DNA of 32,000 nucleotides from Gammaproteobacteria bacterium (GTDB lineage Bacteria; Pseudomonadota; Gammaproteobacteria; JBIOEC01): NCBI GenBank assembly GCA_965279305.1, contig OZ257143.1, positions 1,650,001 to 1,682,000 of the forward strand, read 5' to 3'. Shown piece by piece: positions 23,966 to 32,000 of this stretch (position 1 is its first letter; each line of letters starts with the position of its first letter). The notes under the pieces were generated by a model. It saw only the letters and a program-made list of their open reading frames with translations, ran no database searches and was not told where the DNA came from. The position numbers and the translations under genes were made by a program.

Positions 23966-24280
23966 ATGTCACTCTATAAGCAGTTGCTAGTTTTATTATT
24001 GGGACTATTCCCTGTTCATGTGTTTGCTACCACGGCCGGTGAAATATCGGATATGGTTACCTACATTATGAGCGAAGTATCTACACTGGCTAATGTGATT
24101 GCGTTTATGACAGGGACGGCTTTTATTATTAGTGCTCTGATTAAATTTCAGGAATATTATCGCAGCCCACAATATATGCCTATTAGCCGCCCGATTACAG
24201 AATTAATTGTGGGACTTATTTTATTTGCGTTACCGTTTATTTTTGCGGCAACAACGGAAAACGCATTGTTCGGCCATTAA
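23966..24280 (+). CDS. Small exported 2-TM membrane protein; possible IcmD/DotP-like family member (tentative)
   Basis: A strong AAGGAG Shine-Dalgarno site lies at 23955-23960. The protein has a signal peptide ([17 protein letters not shown]) and then two hydrophobic helices separated by [17 protein letters not shown]. This layout and the KF-Q..(N/S)P.Q.PI..P ... LFG pattern resemble my recollection of the small Dot/Icm proteins IcmD/IcmC. The comparison relies on memory only. Confidence 0.6.
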   Translation: MSLYKQLLVLLLGLFPVHVFATTAGEISDMVTYIMSEVSTLANVIAFMTGTAFIISALIKFQEYYRSPQYMPISRPITELIVGLILFALPFIFAATTENALFGH

Positions 24281-25563
24281 ATGACGGTGAGGCCATGCAT
24301 ATAAGGATGTAGCACTTCAGGGATATGAATATGCCCTTCTGCATCCTGATAGTTTTCCATAATCGCTACTAGCGCACGCCCAACAGCCACACCAGAACCA
24401 TTTAAAATATGAACTAATTCAGGTTTACCATTTGAGCGTGGGCGCCATCGCGCTTGCATACGTCTTGCTTGAAAGCTTTCAGTATTACTGCAAGAAGAAA
24501 TTTCACGATACGTATTTTGGCCTGGTAACCATACTTCTATATCATAGGTTTTTGAGGCAGAAAAACCCATATCACCTGTGCACAGCAACATGACACGATA
24601 AGGCAAACCTAGCAATTGCAAAATCTGCTCAGCATGGCCAGTCAGTGCTTCATGCGCCGCTTCTGATTCTTCCGGACGTGTAATTTGCACCAATTCTACT
24701 TTTTCAAATTGATGTTGCCTGATCATGCCTTTAGTATCTTTACCATAAGATCCCGCTTCTGAGCGGAAACACGGCGTAAGACTGGTTAACTTAACTGGCA
24801 ATTGATCCGCTTCAATAATTAGATCGCGAACCAAATTGCTCAGCGATACTTCAGCAGTAGGAATTAAGGCTAAATCTTTATCACCTACTACAAAAAATAA
24901 ATCTTCTTGCATTTTAGGCAATTGTCCTGTGCCATATAAGGCTTCAGATTTTACTAAAAAAGGCACATACATTTCTTCATAACCATGATGGCTCACATGC
25001 ACATCTAACATAAATTGCCCTAACGCACGATGCAATCGTGCTAAACCATCGCGTAATACGACAAATCGTGCACCTGAAATTTTGCTAGCAGCTGCAAAAT
25101 CCATCATAGATGCATTATGCGATTGTAATTGTTCGCCTAAAGCCACGTGATCTAAAGCAGGAAAATCAAAAGCGCGGGGTTCGCCCCAACGTCTAATTTC
25201 TACGTTTTCTTCTTCGCTTTTACCGACTGGAACGCTATCTTGAGGAAGATTAGGAATTTGCATGCAGTATTGATCCCACTGCTGCTGCACTTGGTCTAAT
25301 TCATCTTCTTTATTTTTTAAGGCATTACCTAAGCCCGCTACTTCTGCTAACAAGGTACCTACTTCTTTATTTTCTGCTTTAGCTTTACCAATTTCTTGAG
25401 ATTGAAAATTACGCATATTTCGTAATTGTTCAACCGCTACTTGCAAACCTTTACGCTGCTCTTCCAAACGCACTAAAATCTGTGCATCCAGTTTATAACC
25501 GCGTGTCGCTAATTTTCTCGCTACTTCCGATGTATTATGACGTAACAACTTAGGATCTAACAT
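24277..25563 (-). CDS. serS: Seryl-tRNA synthetase
   Basis: An N-terminal coiled-coil arm (MLDPKLLR...) and class-II motifs ([25 protein letters not shown]; [18 protein letters not shown]) are present. An AAGGAG Shine-Dalgarno site is present. Confidence 0.95.
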   Translation of the reverse strand: MLDPKLLRHNTSEVARKLATRGYKLDAQILVRLEEQRKGLQVAVEQLRNMRNFQSQEIGKAKAENKEVGTLLAEVAGLGNALKNKEDELDQVQQQWDQYCMQIPNLPQDSVPVGKSEEENVEIRRWGEPRAFDFPALDHVALGEQLQSHNASMMDFAAASKISGARFVVLRDGLARLHRALGQFMLDVHVSHHGYEEMYVPFLVKSEALYGTGQLPKMQEDLFFVVGDKDLALIPTAEVSLSNLVRDLIIEADQLPVKLTSLTPCFRSEAGSYGKDTKGMIRQHQFEKVELVQITRPEESEAAHEALTGHAEQILQLLGLPYRVMLLCTGDMGFSASKTYDIEVWLPGQNTYREISSCSNTESFQARRMQARWRPRSNGKPELVHILNGSGVAVGRALVAIMENYQDAEGHIHIPEVLHPYMHGLTVI

Positions 25564-25571
25564 AAATCTCC

Positions 25572-26900
25572 TTATTCCTTTTTATTCTCATCTAACTCAC
25601 GTAAAAACGCCAACTTCTCTCTAATCTTCTTCTCTAACCCAAAATCTGTAGGCTGATAATATTCTCTTTCTTCCAACTCATCCGGAAAATAAGACTCTCC
25701 TGCCGCATACGCATAAGGTTCATCATGCGCATACCTATACTCTTTGCCTGCCCCCATCTCTTTCATCAAGCGAGTAGGTGCATTTTTAAAACGCACGGGA
25801 ATATCCATATTAGGATACGTTTGAGCATCTTGCTTGGCTTTTCCCCATGCCACATACACCGCATTACTTTTAGCAGCGCACGCTATATACACTACCGCTT
25901 GAGCAATGGCCAATTCCCCTTCTGGGCTGCCTAAACGCTCTTGCACATCCCAGGCATTCAATGCTAATTGTAGCGCGCGTGGATCCGCATTGCCAATATC
26001 TTCGGTGGCCATGCGAACTACCCGTCTGGCAATATACAATGGATCACATCCGCCCTCTATCATTCTAGCTAACCAATACAAAGCGGCATTAGGATGAGAG
26101 CCACGCACCGCTTTATGCAAAATAGAAATATGATCATAGAACAAATCTCCGGTTTTATCATATCGGCCTACTCTGGCGCCTACCACTTGCAACAATTCTT
26201 CTTCACCTACATGCCCATCTTCATCAACTAAAGTACTTAACAACTCTAACCAATTTAATGCTTGGCGAGCATCACCATCAGCACTACCCGCCAGTTTTTC
26301 TAATAATTCAGGTTCAATCTTAAAAAATGCATTACCTAAGCCACGCTCTCTATCTTGCAAAGCGCGTTGTAAAATACCCTTAATATCGTCGGTAGTGAGA
26401 GATTTAAACAGATAAACGCGCGCACGCGACAACAATGCATTATTAAGTTCAAAGGAAGGATTTTCCGTGGTAGCTCCCACAAACACCACATAGCCTTGCT
26501 CTACATAAGGTAAAAAAGCATCTTGTTGGGCTTTATTAAAACGGTGTACTTCATCTACAAATAAAATAGGCGGTAAAAAACCATTTAATACGCGCTCTTT
26601 ACCATGCTCTAATGCTTCACGAATTTCTTTAACACCGGCCAATACCGCAGAAAGTGCCATAAATTCAGTGCGAGTTTGTTTTGCTAACAATTGAGCAAAC
26701 GTGGTTTTACCGGTACCGGGTGGTCCCCATAAAATCATGGCATGCAAACGTTGTTGCTGTAATGCCGTGTGCAAAGGTTTGCCTGCACCAATAATGTGTT
26801 GTTGTCCAAAAAATTCAGATAAATCACTAGGGCGCATACGAGCCGCTAAAGGCTCCATAATATGAGATTGAGAAAACATATTGGAATTACTGAGCTTCAC
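25572..26900 (-). CDS. rarA: Replication-associated recombination protein A (AAA+ ATPase RarA/MgsA)
   Basis: PLAARMRP, Walker [10 protein letters not shown], Walker [12 protein letters not shown], and SNAVY...[18 protein letters not shown] are collinear with E. coli RarA. The start is either GTG 26900, which matches the E. coli N-terminal length, or ATG 26879. Confidence 0.9.
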   Translation of the reverse strand: MKLSNSNMFSQSHIMEPLAARMRPSDLSEFFGQQHIIGAGKPLHTALQQQRLHAMILWGPPGTGKTTFAQLLAKQTRTEFMALSAVLAGVKEIREALEHGKERVLNGFLPPILFVDEVHRFNKAQQDAFLPYVEQGYVVFVGATTENPSFELNNALLSRARVYLFKSLTTDDIKGILQRALQDRERGLGNAFFKIEPELLEKLAGSADGDARQALNWLELLSTLVDEDGHVGEEELLQVVGARVGRYDKTGDLFYDHISILHKAVRGSHPNAALYWLARMIEGGCDPLYIARRVVRMATEDIGNADPRALQLALNAWDVQERLGSPEGELAIAQAVVYIACAAKSNAVYVAWGKAKQDAQTYPNMDIPVRFKNAPTRLMKEMGAGKEYRYAHDEPYAYAAGESYFPDELEEREYYQPTDFGLEKKIREKLAFLRELDENKKE

Positions 26901-27519
26901 CTACTACATCCACTCCCTTCGCAGGAACAAAAATAAATAAGGAAGGTTCTAACTTAGGATTTACTTGAATACGAGTAAAGGTAAGAACCGTGGTTTGACC
27001 AAATACATCTTTTAGCTCCATGCCTGTTAATCGATTTTGGGTGTCAAATCGTAAAATAATAAATTCTAATAAAGTATCATCTTTTTTAGGTTTTAAAATA
27101 AACTGACGCTGTTGGCCTTCTATAGCTTCTACATTAAATCCTTGCGCTACTTGTGTGAATTCGCCGCTTAAAAATAAAGCAGGCGTTTCGCTCAGCTGAG
27201 TGGTAATCGGCTGCACCGTCACTTGCTCTAGTTCTTCATCATAAATCCAAATATTTTTACCATCGGCTACCACTAATTGCTTTTCAGGCTCTGTAATTAC
27301 CCAACGTAAACGATTAGGTTTGTTTAAATAAATATGACCTTCATAAGGCTCTTGCGGATCACCTTTAGCATCGATAATGGTTTGTTTAAAATCAGCGCTT
27401 AAGGTTTTCCAGCGAGATAATAAAGAATCTAATTCATTTAACGCAGCCGAATCTGCGTGAGCTAAAAAACACATACTGCTTAAAAAAATACTGCCAATCA
27501 CTTTTACTATTTTATTCAT
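26887..27519 (-). CDS. lolA: Outer-membrane lipoprotein carrier protein LolA
   Basis: A signal peptide ending in AHA/DS is present. LSADF.Q...D..G......G.....KPN.LRW and W.YD.ELEQVT are LolA-family motifs. The ftsK-lolA-rarA-serS order matches E. coli. Confidence 0.9.
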   Translation of the reverse strand: MNKIVKVIGSIFLSSMCFLAHADSAALNELDSLLSRWKTLSADFKQTIIDAKGDPQEPYEGHIYLNKPNRLRWVITEPEKQLVVADGKNIWIYDEELEQVTVQPITTQLSETPALFLSGEFTQVAQGFNVEAIEGQQRQFILKPKKDDTLLEFIILRFDTQNRLTGMELKDVFGQTTVLTFTRIQVNPKLEPSLFIFVPAKGVDVVGEAQ

Positions 27520-27521
27520 AA

Positions 27522-29984
27522 CTAATCCATCATATCCATGGTAGGGGGTGCTGATACTAATACTTCTCTGCTACCGTTATTTTGCATAGGAGATACAATT
27601 CCTGCTAACTCCATTTCTTCTACTAAACGAGCAGCGCGGTTGTAACCAATTTTTAAACGTCGTTGTATGTTTGAAATGGAAGCGCGGCGTGATTCTGTTA
27701 CGATACGCACGGCGTCGTCGTATAAAGGATCTCTATCAGCATCTCCCTCACCATACCCACCAAATAAACCGCCTGAATCGCCACCACTTCCTCGAATAAT
27801 GCTTTCATCGTATTGCGGCTCTGCACGTTGTTTCCAATCATGCACTACGCTATGCACTTCTTGATCCGCCACAAATGCGCCATGTACACGCACAGGAACA
27901 CCCGCACCTGCTGGTAAATACAACATATCACCTCGCCCTAATAATTGCTCAGCACCTTGCTGATCTAAAATGGTGCGTGAATCAATACGAGAAGCCACTT
28001 GGAATGCAATACGAGTTGGAATATTCGCTTTAATTAAACCCGTAATAACATCCACAGAAGGACGCTGTGTCGCTAAAATTAAATGAATACCGGCAGCACG
28101 CGCTTTTTGAGCAATACGCGCAATAAGTTCTTCTACTTTTTTACCCACGACCATCATCATATCGGCGAACTCATCAATCACCACTACAATATTGGCGAAT
28201 GGACCTAACGCTGGGGGTAATTCACCAGGAATATTCACTGAAGGATCACGAATAGGTTCCCCACGTTGTGCGGCTTCTTTTACTTTGCGATTGTAACTGG
28301 CCATATTACGCACGCCTAAAGCGGCCATAATACGGTAACGTCTTTCCATTTCAGCCACGCACCACGTTAATGCGTTGGCGGCCTCTTTCATATCGATGAC
28401 AACAGGGCATAATAAATGTGGAATACCTTCATATACTGACAATTCCAACATTTTAGGATCAATTAAAATCATGCGCACATCTTCAGGTGTAGATTTGAAA
28501 AGTAAACTCAGCAACATAGAATTCACACCTACCGATTTACCAGAGCCTGTTGTACCTGCTACTAATACGTGAGGCATTTTGGCTAAATCTACTACTACAG
28601 GATTTCCGGCAATATCTTTACCTAAAGCCAAAGTAACAGGTGATGTAGACTTTTCATACTCTTCTGAGCTTAAAACTTCTCGTAAGCTTACCGTTTCTCT
28701 GTGTCGATTGGGTAGTTCTAAACCTACATACGGTTTACCTGGGATCACTTCAACCACGCGTACACTGACAATAGATAATGAGCGCGCTAAATCTTTTGCT
28801 AATCCTACAATTTTGCTTACCTTAATACCTGGCGCTAAAGACAATTCAAAACGGGTGATCACAGGGCCAGGCATTACACCTACTACTTGAGCGCTTACAC
28901 CAAAGTCGGCTAATTTTTTCTCTACGTCACGCGACATTTGCTCTAATTCAGTGGCAGTATATTGCTCTGTGTCTTGCACGGGCGATTCATCTAAAAGATC
29001 GACACTAGGTAATCCGGCTTCTCCCGAATATACTTTTCGGGGTTTAGCAGGTGCTCTCGCTTTAATGATAACGGGCTTACTGATAATGGGTTCTATTGGC
29101 TCATCGTCCTCTTCTTCCTCATCATCATATTCTTCATCTTCGTCCTCGTCGTCTTCGTCGTATTCTTCTTCCTCATCGTCGTCTTCATCGTACTCTTCCT
29201 CTTCTGCTTCAATCACACGAGGTAAGCGAGGTGTTTTTTTGGAACCCATAATAGGCTCTCTCATTTCTTCTTCATCCAATTTTTCTTCACGCCATTCTTC
29301 ATACTGCTCATAAGCATTTTTCAGTGTTTGATCCCAATAATAAATCAAACCGCGCCACATCCATAAAATAACTTTACCAATATCATCTACTACTCTTATC
29401 CACGACAATCCAGTTCCTAAAGTGATGCCCACTAAAGCCAATGCGAGTAATATTAATGTTGTGCCTTGATAGCTTAATAAGTTCACTAATGTTTGGCTCA
29501 CCACTACGCCTAAAGCACCACCCGCGCCTACTGGGAAACTAGAACCAATTTGAGGAAAATGTAAATGAAGTAAAGCCGTACCTGAAAGAAAAATAAGAGA
29601 GAAGCCCGCAATACGCACTAATACTAAATGCCTATGAGCTAAATCAGGATTTCGCCAATCGTGAAAAAGTGTCCAACCCGTGTATCCCAGCATCAAAGGA
29701 AAAGCATAGGCCATATAGCCTAGTAATAATAAAGTGATATCAGCAAACCATGCACCTACCCAACCGCCCGCATTGGCAATGGTGTCGGTGATAGCTGGAT
29801 GAGACCAACCCGGATCGGCCGGGCTATAAGTGCTTAAACTGACGAGAAAAAATAAACCAATCGTGCAAAATAAAATAAGCTGGCCTTCGCGTATACGTTG
29901 ATGGATTTGATTTCCCCACACGGAATGACGCTGTGAGCCGCCATTCTTTGATTTGCGAATTGCTTGTTTCATAAATAATGCCAT
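27522..29984 (-). CDS. ftsK: DNA translocase FtsK
   Basis: N-terminal TM helices are followed by an acidic linker. The motor domain has Walker [10 protein letters not shown] and Walker [12 protein letters not shown]. The gamma winged-helix domain ([27 protein letters not shown]) lies at the C-terminus. ATG 29984 is used; an alternative ATG is at 29972. Confidence 0.95.
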   Translation of the reverse strand: MALFMKQAIRKSKNGGSQRHSVWGNQIHQRIREGQLILFCTIGLFFLVSLSTYSPADPGWSHPAITDTIANAGGWVGAWFADITLLLLGYMAYAFPLMLGYTGWTLFHDWRNPDLAHRHLVLVRIAGFSLIFLSGTALLHLHFPQIGSSFPVGAGGALGVVVSQTLVNLLSYQGTTLILLALALVGITLGTGLSWIRVVDDIGKVILWMWRGLIYYWDQTLKNAYEQYEEWREEKLDEEEMREPIMGSKKTPRLPRVIEAEEEEYDEDDDEEEEYDEDDEDEDEEYDDEEEEDDEPIEPIISKPVIIKARAPAKPRKVYSGEAGLPSVDLLDESPVQDTEQYTATELEQMSRDVEKKLADFGVSAQVVGVMPGPVITRFELSLAPGIKVSKIVGLAKDLARSLSIVSVRVVEVIPGKPYVGLELPNRHRETVSLREVLSSEEYEKSTSPVTLALGKDIAGNPVVVDLAKMPHVLVAGTTGSGKSVGVNSMLLSLLFKSTPEDVRMILIDPKMLELSVYEGIPHLLCPVVIDMKEAANALTWCVAEMERRYRIMAALGVRNMASYNRKVKEAAQRGEPIRDPSVNIPGELPPALGPFANIVVVIDEFADMMMVVGKKVEELIARIAQKARAAGIHLILATQRPSVDVITGLIKANIPTRIAFQVASRIDSRTILDQQGAEQLLGRGDMLYLPAGAGVPVRVHGAFVADQEVHSVVHDWKQRAEPQYDESIIRGSGGDSGGLFGGYGEGDADRDPLYDDAVRIVTESRRASISNIQRRLKIGYNRAARLVEEMELAGIVSPMQNNGSREVLVSAPPTMDMMD
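29100..29210 (-). repeat. Acidic low-complexity tandem repeat within the FtsK linker
   Basis: The region encodes [37 protein letters not shown], three copies of an (E)4-Y-D-(D/E)n unit built from GAA/GAG/GAC/GAT/TAC codons. Confidence 0.9.
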
Positions 29985-30090
29985 TTTACTAAAAAATAAT
30001 GAAATATAATTGTACGCAATAGTTGAGCAACTCGCTACTTCTGAAAGCTAAAAGTTTATTAAAAACCAGGTATTTAATGTGGATTGCCAC

Positions 30091-30118
30091 GGCTGCCCTT
30101 TATAAATAAAGGACAGCC
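30091..30118 (-). terminator. Hairpin downstream of csrA (terminator candidate)
   Basis: GGCTGCCCTTTA (30091-30102) pairs with TAAAGGACAGCC (30107-30118). This gives 11 of 12 paired positions with a 4-nt loop, 20 nt beyond the csrA stop. No U-tract follows. Confidence 0.4.
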
Positions 30119-30137
30119 TCGCAATGACAGAAATTAA

Positions 30138-30356
30138 TTAGTTGGATTCGTCTGAACCGTGATCGGAATCAGATTGCGCAGATGGATTCTGCTTTTCTTG
30201 TTGTATACGCTGATAAATTTCTTCTCGGTGTACAGATACTGTTTTAGGCGCATTGACACCAATACGCACTTGGTTACCTTTCACTCCAAGCACGGTCACA
30301 GTGACTTCGTCACCGATCATCAGGGTTTCACCCACACGCCTGGTTAAAATTAACAT
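30138..30356 (-). CDS. csrA: Carbon storage regulator CsrA (RsmA)
   Basis: [52 protein letters not shown] is essentially the CsrA consensus. An AGGAG Shine-Dalgarno site precedes ATG 30356. The track ORF is extended 53 codons upstream to a TTG. Confidence 0.95.
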   Translation of the reverse strand: MLILTRRVGETLMIGDEVTVTVLGVKGNQVRIGVNAPKTVSVHREEIYQRIQQEKQNPSAQSDSDHGSDESN

Positions 30357-30487
30357 GGTACTAAACTCCTTTTCTTGTGCTTCCATTCTTAGAGCGTATG
30401 TCCAACCACTCTTTACTGCTTTTTTAAGTCCGGTAAGCGCATTATTTATAGTTATAAAACTGGCAAAATCGACCAATTTCACATTAA

Positions 30488-30515
30488 AGTATAGCGAGTT
30501 TGAGGATGTTTGCAA
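30488..30515 (-). promoter_or_regulatory. Putative sigma70 promoter for csrA
   Basis: The minus strand reads TTGCAA (30515-30510), a 16-nt spacer, then TATACT (30493-30488). This implies a leader of about 125 nt. Confidence 0.35.
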
Positions 30516-30591
30516 GATAGAAAGCTGTGCAATTATTCTAAGAGGGAGAGTTGACCTACCGCCTGAACGTTTAAAAAAGCGATCTCAAAGG

Positions 30592-31824
30592 CTATTCCTC
30601 ATAAGGATCCTCTGCCAAGTGGAAGGTTTCATGCAAAGTTCTAACCCCCAACTCCAAGTATTTTTCCTCTACTACCACTGAAATCTTAATTTCAGAAGTG
30701 GTGATCAGTTGAATGTTAATACCCTCTTTACCCAAGGCATTAAACATTGTACTGGCAATACCCGCATGTGAGCGCATACCTACACCCACCAGCGATATTT
30801 TTACAATTTTTTTATCGCCTATCACTTCACCTGCTTTTAATTCTTTGGCAATTTTTTCTAAAATATCTTTTGCCGCTTTATAATCATTTTTATGAACCGT
30901 AAAAGTAAAGTCAGTGGTTCCATCAGCAGACGCATTTTGAACAATCATATCCACATCAATATTGGCTGCACTAATAGGCCCTAAAATTTTAAATGCCACA
31001 CCGGGTTTATCAGGAATATGACGAACGGTTAATTTTGCTTCGTCTTTGTTATAGGCAATACCTGCAATAAGTGGATATTCCATTTTCTGCTCCTCAACTG
31101 AAATCAATGTACCAGGACCTTCTACAAATGTAGACAATACACGCAAAGGCACTTTATAACGGCCTGCGAATTCAACGGCGCGGATCTGCAATACTTTAGC
31201 GCCTAAACTGGCTAGCTCTAACATTTCTTCAAAAGTTACTCGTTTTAATAAACGCGCTCTAGGCTCAATACGAGGATCAGTGGTGTACACCCCTTCCACA
31301 TCTGTAAAAATTTGGCATTCATCTGCTTTTAACGCGGCCGCTAATGCAACGGCTGTTGTATCCGAACCACCACGCCCTAATGTAGTCACATCACCGTGTT
31401 CTGTAATTCCTTGAAATCCAGCTACCACTACTACATAGCCTGCTGCTAAATCTTTTTCAATCTTGTCTGCATCAATAGATAAAATTCTGGCTTTACTAAA
31501 AGCATCAGAGGTAATAATGGGCACTTGGTGTCCCATATACGATTTGGCAGGACAACCAATTTGATTTAAAGCCATGGCTAACAAAGCAATTGTTTCTTGT
31601 TCGCCGGTAGCTAACAACACATCATATTCACGTAGGTGAGGGGTTTCTCCTGCAATCGTAAGTGCTTTCTGAACTAATTCATCGGTTCGGCCACTAATGG
31701 CAGATACCACAACAACAATATCATGGCCTGCCTCTTTAGAGGCTTTCACTTTATTAGCGACATTTTTGATGCGCTCTAGATCACCAACGGAAGTGCCACC
31801 AAATTTTTGTACAATTAACGCCAT
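30592..31824 (-). CDS. lysC: Aspartate kinase (monofunctional, with C-terminal ACT domains)
   Basis: MALIVQKFGGTSVG, VVVVSA..G.TD.L, TLGRGGSDTTAVALAAAL and IFTDVEGVYTTDPR are aspartokinase signatures. The alaS-lysC-csrA order matches Pseudomonas. Confidence 0.9.
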   Translation of the reverse strand: MALIVQKFGGTSVGDLERIKNVANKVKASKEAGHDIVVVVSAISGRTDELVQKALTIAGETPHLREYDVLLATGEQETIALLAMALNQIGCPAKSYMGHQVPIITSDAFSKARILSIDADKIEKDLAAGYVVVVAGFQGITEHGDVTTLGRGGSDTTAVALAAALKADECQIFTDVEGVYTTDPRIEPRARLLKRVTFEEMLELASLGAKVLQIRAVEFAGRYKVPLRVLSTFVEGPGTLISVEEQKMEYPLIAGIAYNKDEAKLTVRHIPDKPGVAFKILGPISAANIDVDMIVQNASADGTTDFTFTVHKNDYKAAKDILEKIAKELKAGEVIGDKKIVKISLVGVGMRSHAGIASTMFNALGKEGINIQLITTSEIKISVVVEEKYLELGVRTLHETFHLAEDPYEE

Positions 31825-31826
31825 AA

Positions 31827-32000
31827 TTATTTCACTCTATCTTTTACCCAATTTTCTACTGATGCTAATGCGCTTGGTAATTTTTCTGGTTGTCCGCCAC
31901 CTTGTGCAAAATCGGGTTTACCACCGCCTTTACCATCAATTTGTTCAGCAATCGATTGCACTAATTGATTAGCAGGACATGTGCTAGCTAAAGACTTACT
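31827..32000 (-). CDS. alaS: Alanyl-tRNA synthetase, C-terminal fragment; the gene enters from the right edge of the window
   Basis: Minus-strand translation gives ...[48 protein letters not shown]. The GGG(K/R)PD.AQ.GG motif is the conserved AlaRS C-terminal (DHHA1 region) signature. The stop at 31827-31829 lies 2 nt from the lysC ATG. Confidence 0.85.
   Translation of the reverse strand, partial: SKSLASTCPANQLVQSIAEQIDGKGGGKPDFAQGGGQPEKLPSALASVENWVKDRVK

Noticed and set aside
28951-29313. 120-aa plus-strand ORF with long poly-Ser/Tyr runs
   Set aside because: It is the antisense reading of the FtsK acidic GAA/GAC repeat (TTC/GTC read as Ser-rich codons). It lies wholly inside the well-supported ftsK gene.
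1-32000. Search for tRNA/rRNA genes, CRISPR arrays, IS elements, integrases, or direct repeats flanking the accessory genes
   Set aside because: I saw no T-loop-like GGTTCGAATCC motifs, no regularly spaced repeat arrays, no transposase or integrase-like ORFs, and no convincing direct repeats between 8964-9166 and 10528-10843. Absence by eye is not proof, and a dot-plot or tRNAscan run would settle it.

Overview
This is a 32-kb chromosomal window from an AT-rich gammaproteobacterium. About 30 genes are tightly packed, and most are core housekeeping genes whose local order is familiar from E. coli or Pseudomonas. These blocks are: icd | mnmA-hflD; sodB | grxD-argD; nrdA-nrdB; a PmrA/QseB-type response regulator and sensor kinase; pssA-mlaA; rluB-scpB-scpA; yciO | yciB-BolA-like; serS-rarA-lolA-ftsK; and csrA-lysC-alaS. 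I found no rRNA or tRNA genes, CRISPR arrays, transposases or integrases. Several ORF-track starts are TTG/GTG extensions, and I trimmed them to ATG starts that have Shine-Dalgarno sites or fit homolog N-termini.

Two accessory insertions stand out. (1) A block of four non-core genes lies between argD and nrdAB (about 4.7-10.8 kb) and looks AT-rich by eye. It holds an orphan FAD-oxidoreductase-like protein, a cytoplasmic PAS-HK-REC-HPt hybrid kinase, and a translationally coupled pair. That pair encodes a TIR-like (MTH538/DUF1863-type) protein followed by a 4-TM tandem SLATT/DUF4231-type membrane protein, with its own near-consensus promoter. I consider it the best candidate for an uncharacterised Thoeris-like signalling or abortive-infection defence system, because no ThsA-type partner is present. 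(2) A eukaryote-like U-box (E3 ubiquitin ligase) protein is wedged between yciO and scpAB-rluB, and its two halves differ sharply in composition. This is a candidate translocated effector.

The U-box protein, a host-attachment-family protein, an IcmD-like small membrane protein and the PmrA-type regulator together suggest a Legionellales-like host-associated organism. That is inference only. All family assignments come from motif recognition by eye; no searches were run.
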